Notes: a model not told the origin generated them from the letters alone. Counted from the stretch's first letter, positions 7,722 to 16,380 are shown. The stretch: DNA of 64,000 nt from Candidatus Omnitrophota bacterium (GCA_023818695.1 JAMWCF010000001.1:403306-467305); one strand, 5' to 3'. Numbers and translations: made by a program.

Positions 7722-8879
7722 ATGGTCATGACCTATGCGAAGGGACCAACCATGACCTGCCGTGTCATTCCCATGTCGAAGCAGCTGAAAAAACATGGAT
7801 TGGAATTCCAGATTTTCGCTTTAAGCGAACACTTTCGGGGCGGGGAAGAAACAACCCGGATCGATGGAGAACCAGTTCATGTCATCGGGCAAGCTCATTT
7901 TACCACTGGACCAAACGGGGAAAAGATCCGGTTCGGTGGGTTGCGCTACCTCCAGGAGGTATGGAAGACATTTTGCCGGTTTACGAAGCGGCTTCGAAGG
8001 GAACACCCGGATATTGTTCACGTTTTTACGACAGATCCGGGAGCTCTTTTCATCGCGATGGGGCTTCGACTTCAAGGATTCCGGGTTATCCTGGACGTCG
8101 ATGATTCAACTTATGGAATGGGCGTCATGGCCGGTTACCCGAAACCTATCTTGTGGATTCAGTGGCTGCTGGAGAACAGCATCCCTCGAACCTTCCGCTT
8201 CCTCTCGGGGGCCACCTTTTCCAGGGCTCGACAATACAGGGGTTTAACCCGTTTGCAGATACCCGTAACAACGAATGGGTATCAACGGAACTGGGCAGCC
8301 GGTTCTCAACCACTCATCCGGGTGATCATGGTCGGAAACATGGCGGCGATCCATCTCCACATGAAAGTCGTCGAAATCATTCCAAAAATCATCCATCGGA
8401 ATGATAGAATCCGATTTTGTTTTATCGGAACCGGTGAGCGTTTCCCAGCCGTTCAAAGGAGAGCAAAAGAACTCGGTTTAACCGACGCCCTGGAACTAAC
8501 AGGGTATCTGCCTCGGGAACAAGTCATCCGGAAAATGTGTGAAGCAGACATCGGGATCTGCCCGATGGAAAACAACCCGTTTGACCGGTCGAGACTGCCG
8601 ATGAAAATATTGGAGTACATGGCTGCCGGCTTGTGCGTCGTATCGGCGCCCATTGGCGACATCCCCAATGTCATTCAGCATCGAAAAAACGGCTGGCTTT
8701 ACCGGCCGGGGGATATGAACGATTTTGCGGAGGGTATCGTGCAACTCGCTTCCGAACCGGACCTAATAGGGCGACTCGCCAAACAGGCGCTGGAGGACGT
8801 CCGGCAATATGATCCATCAAAAATCGAAAAGGCATGGCTCCATTTCTACAGAAAGGCTGGCGGATGGATCCAGAAATAA
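7722..8879 (+). CDS. Family 4 (GT-B fold, group 1) glycosyltransferase
   Basis: ATG at 7722 follows AAGAAGG. The C-terminal half carries the GT4-type region ICPMENNPFDRSRLPMKILEYMAAGLCVVS. The ORF-track start at 7656 overlaps the GT2 gene. Confidence 0.75.
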   Translation: MVMTYAKGPTMTCRVIPMSKQLKKHGLEFQIFALSEHFRGGEETTRIDGEPVHVIGQAHFTTGPNGEKIRFGGLRYLQEVWKTFCRFTKRLRREHPDIVHVFTTDPGALFIAMGLRLQGFRVILDVDDSTYGMGVMAGYPKPILWIQWLLENSIPRTFRFLSGATFSRARQYRGLTRLQIPVTTNGYQRNWAAGSQPLIRVIMVGNMAAIHLHMKVVEIIPKIIHRNDRIRFCFIGTGERFPAVQRRAKELGLTDALELTGYLPREQVIRKMCEADIGICPMENNPFDRSRLPMKILEYMAAGLCVVSAPIGDIPNVIQHRKNGWLYRPGDMNDFAEGIVQLASEPDLIGRLAKQALEDVRQYDPSKIEKAWLHFYRKAGGWIQK

Positions 8880-9625
8880 AAGCTCTTGTCATCATCCCCA
8901 CCTACAATGAACGGGCCGCGTTGCCAATCATCACCCCGGAGATACTGGCACTCCGGCCCGATATCGGGCTTCTCATCGTCGATGACAATTCTCCTGATGG
9001 AACGGGACAGGTGGCTGCATCCCTCTGCGAACAGTTCCCAGGCAGAATGTGGGTCCTGCATCGACAGGAAAAATCGGGCCTTGGCTCCGCCTACCTTCAG
9101 GGGTTCCGCTGGGCCATACAAAACATAGAGCGCGTGGAGTACCTCCTTCAGATGGACGCGGACAGGTCCCACGACCCTGCCGCCATCCCATCGCTGATCG
9201 AGGCCGCCGCATCCGCAGATCTGGTTATCGGGTCCCGCTACATCAACGGCGTGAGGATTTTGGACTGGCCGATGGAGCGGCTGCTCTTAAGCCATATCTC
9301 GAATACGGTGACACGAAAGCTGATCGGGCTTCCTCTGACCGACTGCACAAGCGGTTTTAAATGTTTCCGACGGGAAACCATCAAGAAGATCCTTGCTAGA
9401 GAGATCAACGCCAGAAGCTACGACTTTCAGGTGGCGGTCAACACCTTGTGCCACTGGCTCAATCTGACTATCACCGAGGTGCCAATCACTTTCCACAACA
9501 GAAGCCAGGGGATTTCCAAACTCACGCGTTCAGATGTGATCCGCGCCGCATCGCTTATTTTCAAACTCGGTTTCATGCGGTTTTTGCCTCGATCCATTCG
9601 GGTTGCGGGCCATAAATCGTATTAG
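8864..9625 (+). CDS. Polyprenol-phosphate mannose synthase (Dpm1/Ppm1-type GT2)
   Basis: ALVIIPTYNERAALPI, LLIVDDNSPDGTG and LLQMDADRSHDP are the characteristic Dpm1/Ppm1 motifs. The size, about 250 aa, fits. Confidence 0.8.
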   Translation: MDPEIKALVIIPTYNERAALPIITPEILALRPDIGLLIVDDNSPDGTGQVAASLCEQFPGRMWVLHRQEKSGLGSAYLQGFRWAIQNIERVEYLLQMDADRSHDPAAIPSLIEAAASADLVIGSRYINGVRILDWPMERLLLSHISNTVTRKLIGLPLTDCTSGFKCFRRETIKKILAREINARSYDFQVAVNTLCHWLNLTITEVPITFHNRSQGISKLTRSDVIRAASLIFKLGFMRFLPRSIRVAGHKSY

Positions 9626-9633
9626 AACTTTGT

Positions 9634-9662
9634 TTGAACTGGGTGCCAAAGTCGGGTATACT
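9634..9662 (+). promoter_or_regulatory. Sigma70-type promoter for the pseudopilin gene
   Basis: TTGAAC (9634-9639), a 17-nt spacer, then TATACT (9657-9662). It lies 30 nt upstream of the ATG at 9692, which has an AGGAG Shine-Dalgarno. Confidence 0.4.
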
Positions 9663-9691
9663 TCGTATGAATAGAATAGGGGTTAGGAGCC

Positions 9692-10135
9692 ATGACAAAA
9701 AGACGCAACCGAAATCGGCGAATAAAGAAAGAAGGCAAGAGGGGCTTCTCCCTCATGGAATTGTTGGTGGCGATCATCATCGTGACCATTCTCACCAAAG
9801 CTGCGCTGCCGGGTTACGGGCGCATGGTCGAAAAATCCAGGATGCGGGATGCTGAAGCAAAGCTGAACATCATATATCAAGCTGAACGGATTTATGACCT
9901 TGACAACAACATCTACGCAACCCGCGCGCAATTGATTCCGGCATATTCCCCCGAACCCAACACGCCCGATTTCACCTTCACCATCACCAGCACCGACTTC
10001 AATACCGGCTACACGGCGACGGCCACCCGAAACGGCAGCGGCAAATACGGCGGCAGCACCATCTCCCTGACACAGGCCTTTTCTGGCACCTACACTTACA
10101 GCGGCGAATACAACGCCAACGGACTTCCTAACTAG
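9692..10135 (+). CDS. Prepilin-type N-terminal domain protein (minor pilin / pseudopilin) with a polybasic leader
   Basis: MTKRRNRNRRIKKEGKRG/FSLMELLVAIIIVTILT is a class III signal with Glu at +5. The C-terminal part is Thr/Gly/Tyr-rich. Confidence 0.75.
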   Translation: MTKRRNRNRRIKKEGKRGFSLMELLVAIIIVTILTKAALPGYGRMVEKSRMRDAEAKLNIIYQAERIYDLDNNIYATRAQLIPAYSPEPNTPDFTFTITSTDFNTGYTATATRNGSGKYGGSTISLTQAFSGTYTYSGEYNANGLPN

Positions 10136-10159
10136 TTTTCGTTCGGATCCGTTCAAAAA

Positions 10160-10194
10160 CCCCCGCTTTCATCTGAAAGCAGGGGTTTTTGTTT
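10160..10194 (+). terminator. Rho-independent terminator after the pseudopilin gene
   Basis: The stem is cccccgctttc / gaaagcagggg (one bulged position) with loop atct, followed by tttttgttt. Confidence 0.6.
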
Positions 10195-10216
10195 ATGCTA
10201 TACTGTTGACTCTCAT

Positions 10217-10289
10217 GGGCCGGTAGCTCAGTTGGGAGAGCGCTGCAATCGCACTGCAGAGGCCAGGGGTTCAACTCCCCTCCGGTCCA
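10217..10289 (+). tRNA. tRNA-Ala (anticodon CGC)
   Basis: Cloverleaf folded by hand. The acceptor stem GGGCCGG/CCGGTCC contains the G3:U70 alanine identity pair. The anticodon loop is ATCGCAC and the T-loop is TTCAACT. CCA is not encoded. Confidence 0.95.
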
Positions 10290-10293
10290 TACT

Positions 10294-11793
10294 CTAACCT
10301 TTCTTTTTTCGCGCAATCCAGGGGGTTACCAACTCACGCGGATGGTAAGACTCTTTGGCCTGACGCAACCCCGAGAGGCCCGAATCTCCCATTGCGTTGA
10401 TAAATGGGTAGGAGTTCATCTCTCTGCAGAACTCCCGAAACATAAGTTGCGAAACACCATCCACAGCGGGGTCGGCGATCTCCAGGAAAACGCAGAAGGT
10501 GTCGGCGGACACCTCCGCTCCGAATGTATAACCGGCTATCCGACCCCCCTTTTCCAAAACGCGTCCGGTCACTCCTAACAGATCCCCTTCCATCATGAGG
10601 CGTCTGTGGAAGAAAAGTCCGTCCCTGACCAAAGCGCGAAAAAAGGGCTCCGGGACTTCCTGTTGTCGATACAAACCCCATTTGGTGTAAAGCTGAAGAC
10701 AGGCGACCAGATCGGCCTTCCGGAAAGGGCGAAAAGACCACGCCTCTGCGTTTCTTAAGCACCGATTGATCATCCCCCTTTGCGTCCGGTAGCGGTCTCC
10801 GCGCAAACCGGCGATATCCACCCTGCTGTACAAATACTCCGGTTCCCCGGCTTCCAGATGAAAACCGAAACCGACCCATGCCTCTTTCTGTTCCGCTTCA
10901 ATCCCTTCAATCCGGGAAACCTCATTGCCGCCATTAAGCTCCATCAACATGGCCCAGACCTGATCCGCCAACTTTGAATCCGGAGACCGTCCCAGCGGAG
11001 GCAAGGGCATAAAAAAACCACCTGCCTGTTCCGCAAAAAGACAGAGGGAATCTTCAAGCGGGGCCCACCAATACCGGATGATATCAGCCCATCCCACTAC
11101 GCCGGCCGCTGTATATCCGGAGTATCGGTGTTTTTCGAAGGAAAGGGCTTTTCGAAGCTGCTTTGCACCCTCAGGACCCTCCAATGGCCGGAGAGCCGGG
11201 TGCGGGGAAGGGGTATCCAGCTGTCGCCGTACTGCTTTTTTGAGGTGCGGCAACCCCGCTATAAAAAGAAACTCCGGCCAGGTCGGACCGACAACTGCCG
11301 GATTCATCCGAACATAATGGGCCGCTTCGGGCTTATGGAGGTATTGGATCAGACGCGCCGCATAATCAAGGATTTTTGGATCTTCGATGTTCTCCTGGAT
11401 GTATGGGCACTTCAAATCGACCGCCAAGCAAAGACGCTCACTCGATGCATCCTCACATAGAGTGAATGGATACAAGCGGCAATCAAGAGGTCTCATCGGA
11501 TAAATAGTGCACCGGTTCGATCCGGCATCGAAAGCGGGACACAAAAACCCGTGTCCACATTCCTTCAAAACGGGCCGCACGGATGGCCCTGCGGCATCCG
11601 GCTTGAGCCACCGCACTCTGACCGCCTCTTGAAGCCACCCGGCTTCTTGAGAGGACCACGTCGGCGTCTGAACGTGCTCTGTGTCCGGAAAGCGGCAACA
11701 AATTTTACAATCCAAGCACCGGCTTTCAGGCACCAGCTGGGGAATCCCCTCAATAAAACGGGCCACTTCATCTTCAGAATAAGACTTTCGCAT
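10294..11793 (-). CDS. Fusion protein: YkgJ-type CxxCxxCC zinc/iron-chelating domain plus DUF2156 (MprF C-terminal-like, GNAT-fold) domain
   Basis: The N-terminus has CLDCKICCRFPD and CPAFDAGSNRCTIYPMRPLDCRLYPF (UPF0153/YkgJ pattern). The C-terminal ~300 aa resemble DUF2156, the lysyl-PG synthase C-domain family. The open frame extends to 12078, but that would overlap the divergent PilZ gene. ATG 11793 or 11838 are more plausible starts. Confidence 0.6.
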   Translation of the reverse strand: MRKSYSEDEVARFIEGIPQLVPESRCLDCKICCRFPDTEHVQTPTWSSQEAGWLQEAVRVRWLKPDAAGPSVRPVLKECGHGFLCPAFDAGSNRCTIYPMRPLDCRLYPFTLCEDASSERLCLAVDLKCPYIQENIEDPKILDYAARLIQYLHKPEAAHYVRMNPAVVGPTWPEFLFIAGLPHLKKAVRRQLDTPSPHPALRPLEGPEGAKQLRKALSFEKHRYSGYTAAGVVGWADIIRYWWAPLEDSLCLFAEQAGGFFMPLPPLGRSPDSKLADQVWAMLMELNGGNEVSRIEGIEAEQKEAWVGFGFHLEAGEPEYLYSRVDIAGLRGDRYRTQRGMINRCLRNAEAWSFRPFRKADLVACLQLYTKWGLYRQQEVPEPFFRALVRDGLFFHRRLMMEGDLLGVTGRVLEKGGRIAGYTFGAEVSADTFCVFLEIADPAVDGVSQLMFREFCREMNSYPFINAMGDSGLSGLRQAKESYHPRELVTPWIARKKKG

Positions 11794-11935
11794 TTGTTTA
11801 CTCGATAAAAGTTCCGTGCTATAGTGTAGCACAAGCATAGGAGGGTACTGCCGTGTCGGTAACCCGTTCTCTTCGAGCACGAAGACGGCGCAAGAGAAGG
11901 TCCGGAAAAGCTCATCGGGCAAAAGGGCAAAAGAA

Positions 11936-12499
11936 ATGAGACCCGCCGTGTTCTCTGGCCCCGAGCGGCGCCACCGGACTCGGTATAAGGTTCGGATCCC
12001 GTTTGTTCTCAAGGGTGATTCCCAGGAAGTCCGGGGCGTGACGCGAAACGTTTCCATCCTCGGCATCTCCGCTTTCACGGATGGTTCTATGCCGGCCTCT
12101 CAACCGGTGGAATGTCACCTGAACCTGGCCGGTTCCACCGAAGCGATCGTGGCCGTTGGCACGATTATCCGCTGCGATCCGGCTCTGCAGCCGAATTCCG
12201 ACGGCGCCTACGAAGTGGGTGTCTTTTTCAAGCAGTTTCAAGGCAACGGCGAATCAATCCTCTCTGAATTCCTCCAGCAGATCGGAACCCAGGAAGAGGA
12301 CGCCATCAAGTCCGGCTATATACTCCTGAAGCAGAAGCAGGTCGCCAGAAAGAAGAAAAAACGGCTTGAAGCCATCCGGAAACGCCGCCGGCAAGAAGCC
12401 AGACTCCGAAAAAAGAAGCGCACTTTAAAAAAACAGTCGCAAAGCAAAAAGAAGAGGGGCGCCTCCCGCGGCAGAACAAAAAAGAGCATTCGCTCTTAA
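11936..12499 (+). CDS. PilZ domain protein with a polybasic C-terminal tail
   Basis: It has RRHRTR (RxxxR) and NVSILG (D/NxSxxG), the c-di-GMP-binding motifs. The last ~57 aa are almost entirely K/R (KKKKRLEAIRKRRRQEARLRKKKRTLKKQSQSKKKRG...). Confidence 0.75.
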   Translation: MRPAVFSGPERRHRTRYKVRIPFVLKGDSQEVRGVTRNVSILGISAFTDGSMPASQPVECHLNLAGSTEAIVAVGTIIRCDPALQPNSDGAYEVGVFFKQFQGNGESILSEFLQQIGTQEEDAIKSGYILLKQKQVARKKKKRLEAIRKRRRQEARLRKKKRTLKKQSQSKKKRGASRGRTKKSIRS

Positions 12500-12526
12500 G
12501 AGCGCACAGCGGCGGCGTGTCCAATC

Positions 12527-14545
12527 ATGGAAAAGCGGTACTCACTCACCCAAGCCGTCCAGACGCCTGCTAAAAAGATCGCTTATGAGGAAGCCCTCAA
12601 CGAAGAACAGTTCAGGGTCGTCACGGCAGGTGGAGGCCCCACCCTCGTTCTAGCGGGCCCCGGCAGCGGAAAAACCAGGACGCTGACTTACCGGGTTTCC
12701 TACCTCATCCAAAAGGAGATCCAACCCCGAAACATCCTCCTCGTCACCTTCACCGTCAAGGCGGCCAGGGAGATGCTCGACCGGGTTGAGAAAATCCTCG
12801 GTTATCGGCCCGATGGCCTGTGGGGCGGAACCTTCCACCATATCGGGAATATGATCCTGCGTCAGCATCCCAAATCGATGGGGCGCACCTCTGCCTTCGG
12901 GATCCTGGATGAGGAGGACGCCAAAGACCTGATCACCGCCTGCATGAATGACCTCAAACTTTCCACGACGAAAACCCGTTTCCCGCAGGCAAACGTCCTT
13001 GAATCCATTTTCAGTCTGGCCGTCAACACCTGCCGGACATTAGAAGACGTGGTTTCAGACTGTTACAGCCAGTTTACAGATCTCATCCCCGCCATTGAGC
13101 GAATCTGGGCAGGCTACAAGGAGAGAAAGCGCCGCGCCAACGTGCTGGACTACGACGACCTGCTCACAGAGCTGTTGTCCCTCTTGCGAAACAACCCGAA
13201 GGCCGGGCAGGGATATAGCAAACAGTTTCAATATGTCCTCGTGGACGAGTACCAGGACACGAACCGCCTCCAGCTCGAGCTGATCAAGGAGTTCAGCCGC
13301 GTTCACGGCAATATTCTCGCGGTCGGCGATGATGCCCAATCGATCTATGCCTTCCGGGGCGCCGAGGTGAAGAACCTCCTGGAATTCCCCACTATCTTCC
13401 CGGGTACGACGATTTACCGCCTGGAAACGAATTACAGGTCAACCCCCGAAATCCTCCGGCTTGCCAATGCGTCCATTCAGTTCAACTCGAAACAGTTTCC
13501 GAAAGAACTGCACGCCGTCAAGGGCCCGGGGGAAATCCCCGCGCTTGTCCCTTTGGCCGATGCCCGCCAGCAAGCCGCCTTCGTGGCTCAGAGAGTGCTG
13601 GAGCTCCGGGAGGAGGGAATCCCCCTGCAGGAAATCGCCGTCCTGTTCCGGGCCCGCTTCCAGTCGGCCGAACTGGAGCTGGAGCTCGCCAAGCGAAATA
13701 TCCCTTACCTTGTCCGCGGGGGGGTCCGCTTCTTCGAGCAGGCCCATATTAAGGACATCCTCGCGCACTTGAAAATACTGGTCAACCCGCAGGATGAGAT
13801 GGCCTGGCAGCGAACCCTCCAGATCCAGGAGGGGATCGGCTCCGGTTATGCCAGAAGGATCTGGGAAGCGATCGCATCCGCCTCCAACCCTCTCCAAGAG
13901 GCCATCCGGGGCAGGGACGTGGGAGCTCTGCCGTCCCGCACACAAGCCGGATGGAAGCGGTTTATCAATATGTTCCAAGAGCTCACCAATCCGGCCGTTT
14001 CAGGCCAGCCAGTGGAGGCCATCCTGGCCATCCTCCGGGCCGGTTATGAAGAGTACCTCAAAACCCATTTCAAGAACGCTTCGGAGAGGCGGGAGGACCT
14101 TGAACAGCTCATGAACCTGGCCAGCCATTACGAATCGGTTGAGCGTTTCGTTGAAGATCTGGCCTTGCGGGAACCTTTTAAGGGAGAAACGATTACGGGG
14201 TGGGAGGAACCGGATGAATTTCTCGTCCTTTCGACCATCCACCAGGCAAAAGGATTGGAATGGTCGGTCGTTTTCCTTATCGGCCTCGTGGAGGGACAGA
14301 TGCCTCACGCGAAAGCGATCGAAGACACAAACGCCTTGGAGGAGGAGCGCCGGCTTTTTTACGTCGCCGTTACCAGAACAAAAAGCCAGCTCTATTTGAC
14401 ATATCCGTTGACCCGTTACACCTATCAACGGGGGGAAGTCCTGATGCGGCCCTCCAGTTTCATCCAGGAACTTCCGGAGGAACTCTATGAACTCTGGCGA
14501 GTCTCATCCCCGGATCAGACATCTTCCTGGAACCTCGACCCTTAA
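12527..14545 (+). CDS. UvrD/PcrA/Rep family ATP-dependent DNA helicase
   Basis: Helicase motifs LAGPGSGKTRTLT, YVLVDEYQDTN and FYVAVTRTKSQL are present. The protein is 672 aa. Confidence 0.9.
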   Translation: MEKRYSLTQAVQTPAKKIAYEEALNEEQFRVVTAGGGPTLVLAGPGSGKTRTLTYRVSYLIQKEIQPRNILLVTFTVKAAREMLDRVEKILGYRPDGLWGGTFHHIGNMILRQHPKSMGRTSAFGILDEEDAKDLITACMNDLKLSTTKTRFPQANVLESIFSLAVNTCRTLEDVVSDCYSQFTDLIPAIERIWAGYKERKRRANVLDYDDLLTELLSLLRNNPKAGQGYSKQFQYVLVDEYQDTNRLQLELIKEFSRVHGNILAVGDDAQSIYAFRGAEVKNLLEFPTIFPGTTIYRLETNYRSTPEILRLANASIQFNSKQFPKELHAVKGPGEIPALVPLADARQQAAFVAQRVLELREEGIPLQEIAVLFRARFQSAELELELAKRNIPYLVRGGVRFFEQAHIKDILAHLKILVNPQDEMAWQRTLQIQEGIGSGYARRIWEAIASASNPLQEAIRGRDVGALPSRTQAGWKRFINMFQELTNPAVSGQPVEAILAILRAGYEEYLKTHFKNASERREDLEQLMNLASHYESVERFVEDLALREPFKGETITGWEEPDEFLVLSTIHQAKGLEWSVVFLIGLVEGQMPHAKAIEDTNALEEERRLFYVAVTRTKSQLYLTYPLTRYTYQRGEVLMRPSSFIQELPEELYELWRVSSPDQTSSWNLDP

Positions 14546-15617
14546 ACTCACCCTTACCGAAGCGATTAAAACCGAATCGCTTCGGCTCGGGTTTTCATCC
14601 GTTGGCATCGCCCCTGCCAGCGCTCTGAACAGGAGAAAGGCGGAGCTGGAGCATTGGCTTTCCATGGGGTTCAGCGGAGGCCTCGGCTACATGGAATCTT
14701 TCCTTCATCGCCAGAGCGACCTGCTGGCCAAGATCCCGGATTTAAAAAGCGTCATCGTGCTGACCGCTCCCTACGCGAACGGCAGGGAAATCCGCCTCCC
14801 ACCCGGGGCGGGGAAGATCGCACGGTACGCTCACGGGAAAGATTATCACCGGGTCATCGGCAAAAAGCTGGACAATCTGGAAGAGTTCCTCCGTGACCTG
14901 GCGCCGGAGATCCGGACTATAAGATCTGTCGACACCTCGGCAATCCAGGAGAGAACCCTCGCTGAATCGGCTGGTCTCGGCTTCGTCGGTAAAAACAGCT
15001 GTCTGATCCGGCCCAAGGAGGGTTCCTACCTCTTCCTGGCGGCCCTCTTGACCAATCTGGAGCTGGTGTCAGATAAACCGATCCAATGGGATTGTGGCTC
15101 CTGCAACCTCTGCCTCGAGGCCTGCCCAACAGGCGCTTTAAGCCCGGAGAGACCGTACCAGTTGGACGCCAATAAATGCATCTCCAGCCTGACGATTGAA
15201 AACAGGGGAACCATTCCCCCGTCTCTGCGGTCGGCAATTGGCGACTGGTTGTTCGGCTGCGATGTCTGCCAGGAGGTGTGCCCCTATAACCGGAAAACAG
15301 ACCATTCCCCCTGGCCTGAATTTCAAGCGAGACACGGGGCAGGGGCTGCCCCGACCCTAGCCGACATCTTGGCAATCCGAACTGATGAACTTTTTGTCAG
15401 GCGCTTTGCAGGAACCCCTCTGATGAGGGCCAAACGGCAGGGATTCCTTCGAAATGCGGCTGTTGTAGCTGGAAATTCAGGTAATCCAGAGCTCATAGAA
15501 CCCCTGAAGGAAGCGGCTGAATCCGATTCCTCCGAACTGGTCCGGGAACACGCCGCATGGGCCATCTTCAGGATAAAGCAGGCCCTGAAGACCTCCCCAG
15601 ACCCAAAAATCCCATAA
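14487..15617 (+). CDS. queG: tRNA epoxyqueuosine(34) reductase
   Basis: Two 4Fe-4S motifs, CGSCNLCLEACPTGAL and CDVCQEVCPYN, sit between an N-terminal DUF1730-like region and a C-terminal HEAT-like tail. The only canonical in-frame start overlaps the helicase gene by 59 nt. Confidence 0.85.
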   Translation: MNSGESHPRIRHLPGTSTLKLTLTEAIKTESLRLGFSSVGIAPASALNRRKAELEHWLSMGFSGGLGYMESFLHRQSDLLAKIPDLKSVIVLTAPYANGREIRLPPGAGKIARYAHGKDYHRVIGKKLDNLEEFLRDLAPEIRTIRSVDTSAIQERTLAESAGLGFVGKNSCLIRPKEGSYLFLAALLTNLELVSDKPIQWDCGSCNLCLEACPTGALSPERPYQLDANKCISSLTIENRGTIPPSLRSAIGDWLFGCDVCQEVCPYNRKTDHSPWPEFQARHGAGAAPTLADILAIRTDELFVRRFAGTPLMRAKRQGFLRNAAVVAGNSGNPELIEPLKEAAESDSSELVREHAAWAIFRIKQALKTSPDPKIP

Positions 15618-16049
15618 ATCCCGCTTGATCCCGGTTCTTAACCTTAGCTTGACCTGACTCTACATAATGTCTGATAATGATTCTTATGTTAATATATAAA
15701 CACGGTAGAAATATGCTTAACCAATTAAAATAATTTAAGTTATAAACATATGTGGAATTACTGTGAATAAACGGCTTCTTCTGCCTTTTTAGCAGAGCTA
15801 TAGTGAGGCTTTCCTGGCTGACAACCGCATCAAAAAAACTCTTTAAAAACGGGACAGAAAAAACAGCCCTACCGACTTTTTCCTTAGATACGCAGGAGAA
15901 GAGTCCGCAGAAAAGCCCCCAGAACGAGCCCGATAACGATTCCTCGGATCATGAAACGACTGGGGTCGAGATCAAACAGCGGGGTTTTCACAGGCGCAAA
16001 CCGACCTTCTGACATACAGTTTACCCCTATGAAAAAGGTGAGGTCAAGG

Positions 16050-16085
16050 AAAAAAAGGCCTCCCGCCCGGAGATGGCGGGAGGCC
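16050..16085 (-). terminator. Rho-independent terminator of the 50-aa membrane-protein gene
   Basis: A perfect 11-bp stem, ggcctcccgcc / ggcgggaggcc, with a 7-nt loop. On the minus strand it is followed by a run of 7 T (A-tract 16050-16056 on plus). Confidence 0.7.
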
Positions 16086-16122
16086 ATGCTGCGTTTCCTC
16101 CAGCGATATTCTTATCGCTTTA

Positions 16123-16275
16123 TTAGCGGAGGATGCCCAAAAACTTCAGGCCGAATACGATCCCCAGGGTCCCGACTAAAATCGGCAGAACCGCCCCTAG
16201 ATGTACGGAGTACATCCCTCCGATGACGGTCCCAATCAGGACTCCAGTGAGCAGATCCAGATGTTCACCTTTCAT
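16123..16275 (-). CDS. Small (50 aa) hydrophobic membrane protein, possibly XapX/DUF1427-like
   Basis: Hand translation gives MKGEHLDLLTGVLIGTVIGGMYSVHLGAVLPILVGTLGIVFGLKFLGILR*. A GGGGGTGA Shine-Dalgarno lies 6 nt upstream and a strong terminator lies downstream. It is below the 60-aa ORF-track cutoff. Confidence 0.5.
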   Translation of the reverse strand: MKGEHLDLLTGVLIGTVIGGMYSVHLGAVLPILVGTLGIVFGLKFLGILR

Positions 16276-16380
16276 GGCTACTCACCCCCTTTCAGAGGAG
16301 TTTGACCTCCTCGTTTACACCCGAAACCCCCACTCCACAAAATGTGCATTGTGAAATGGGGGTTCTCTGTTCCATTAATA

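Noticed and set aside
15884-16015. 43-aa ORF (MSEGRFAPVKTPLFDLDPSRFMIRGIVIGLVLGAFLRTLLLRI) downstream of the 50-aa gene terminator.
   Set aside because: It has one hydrophobic helix, but only a weak Shine-Dalgarno (GGGGT). The best -10-like element ends 2 nt before the ATG. There is no terminator. I have not listed it as a feature and mention it only within the AT-rich island finding.
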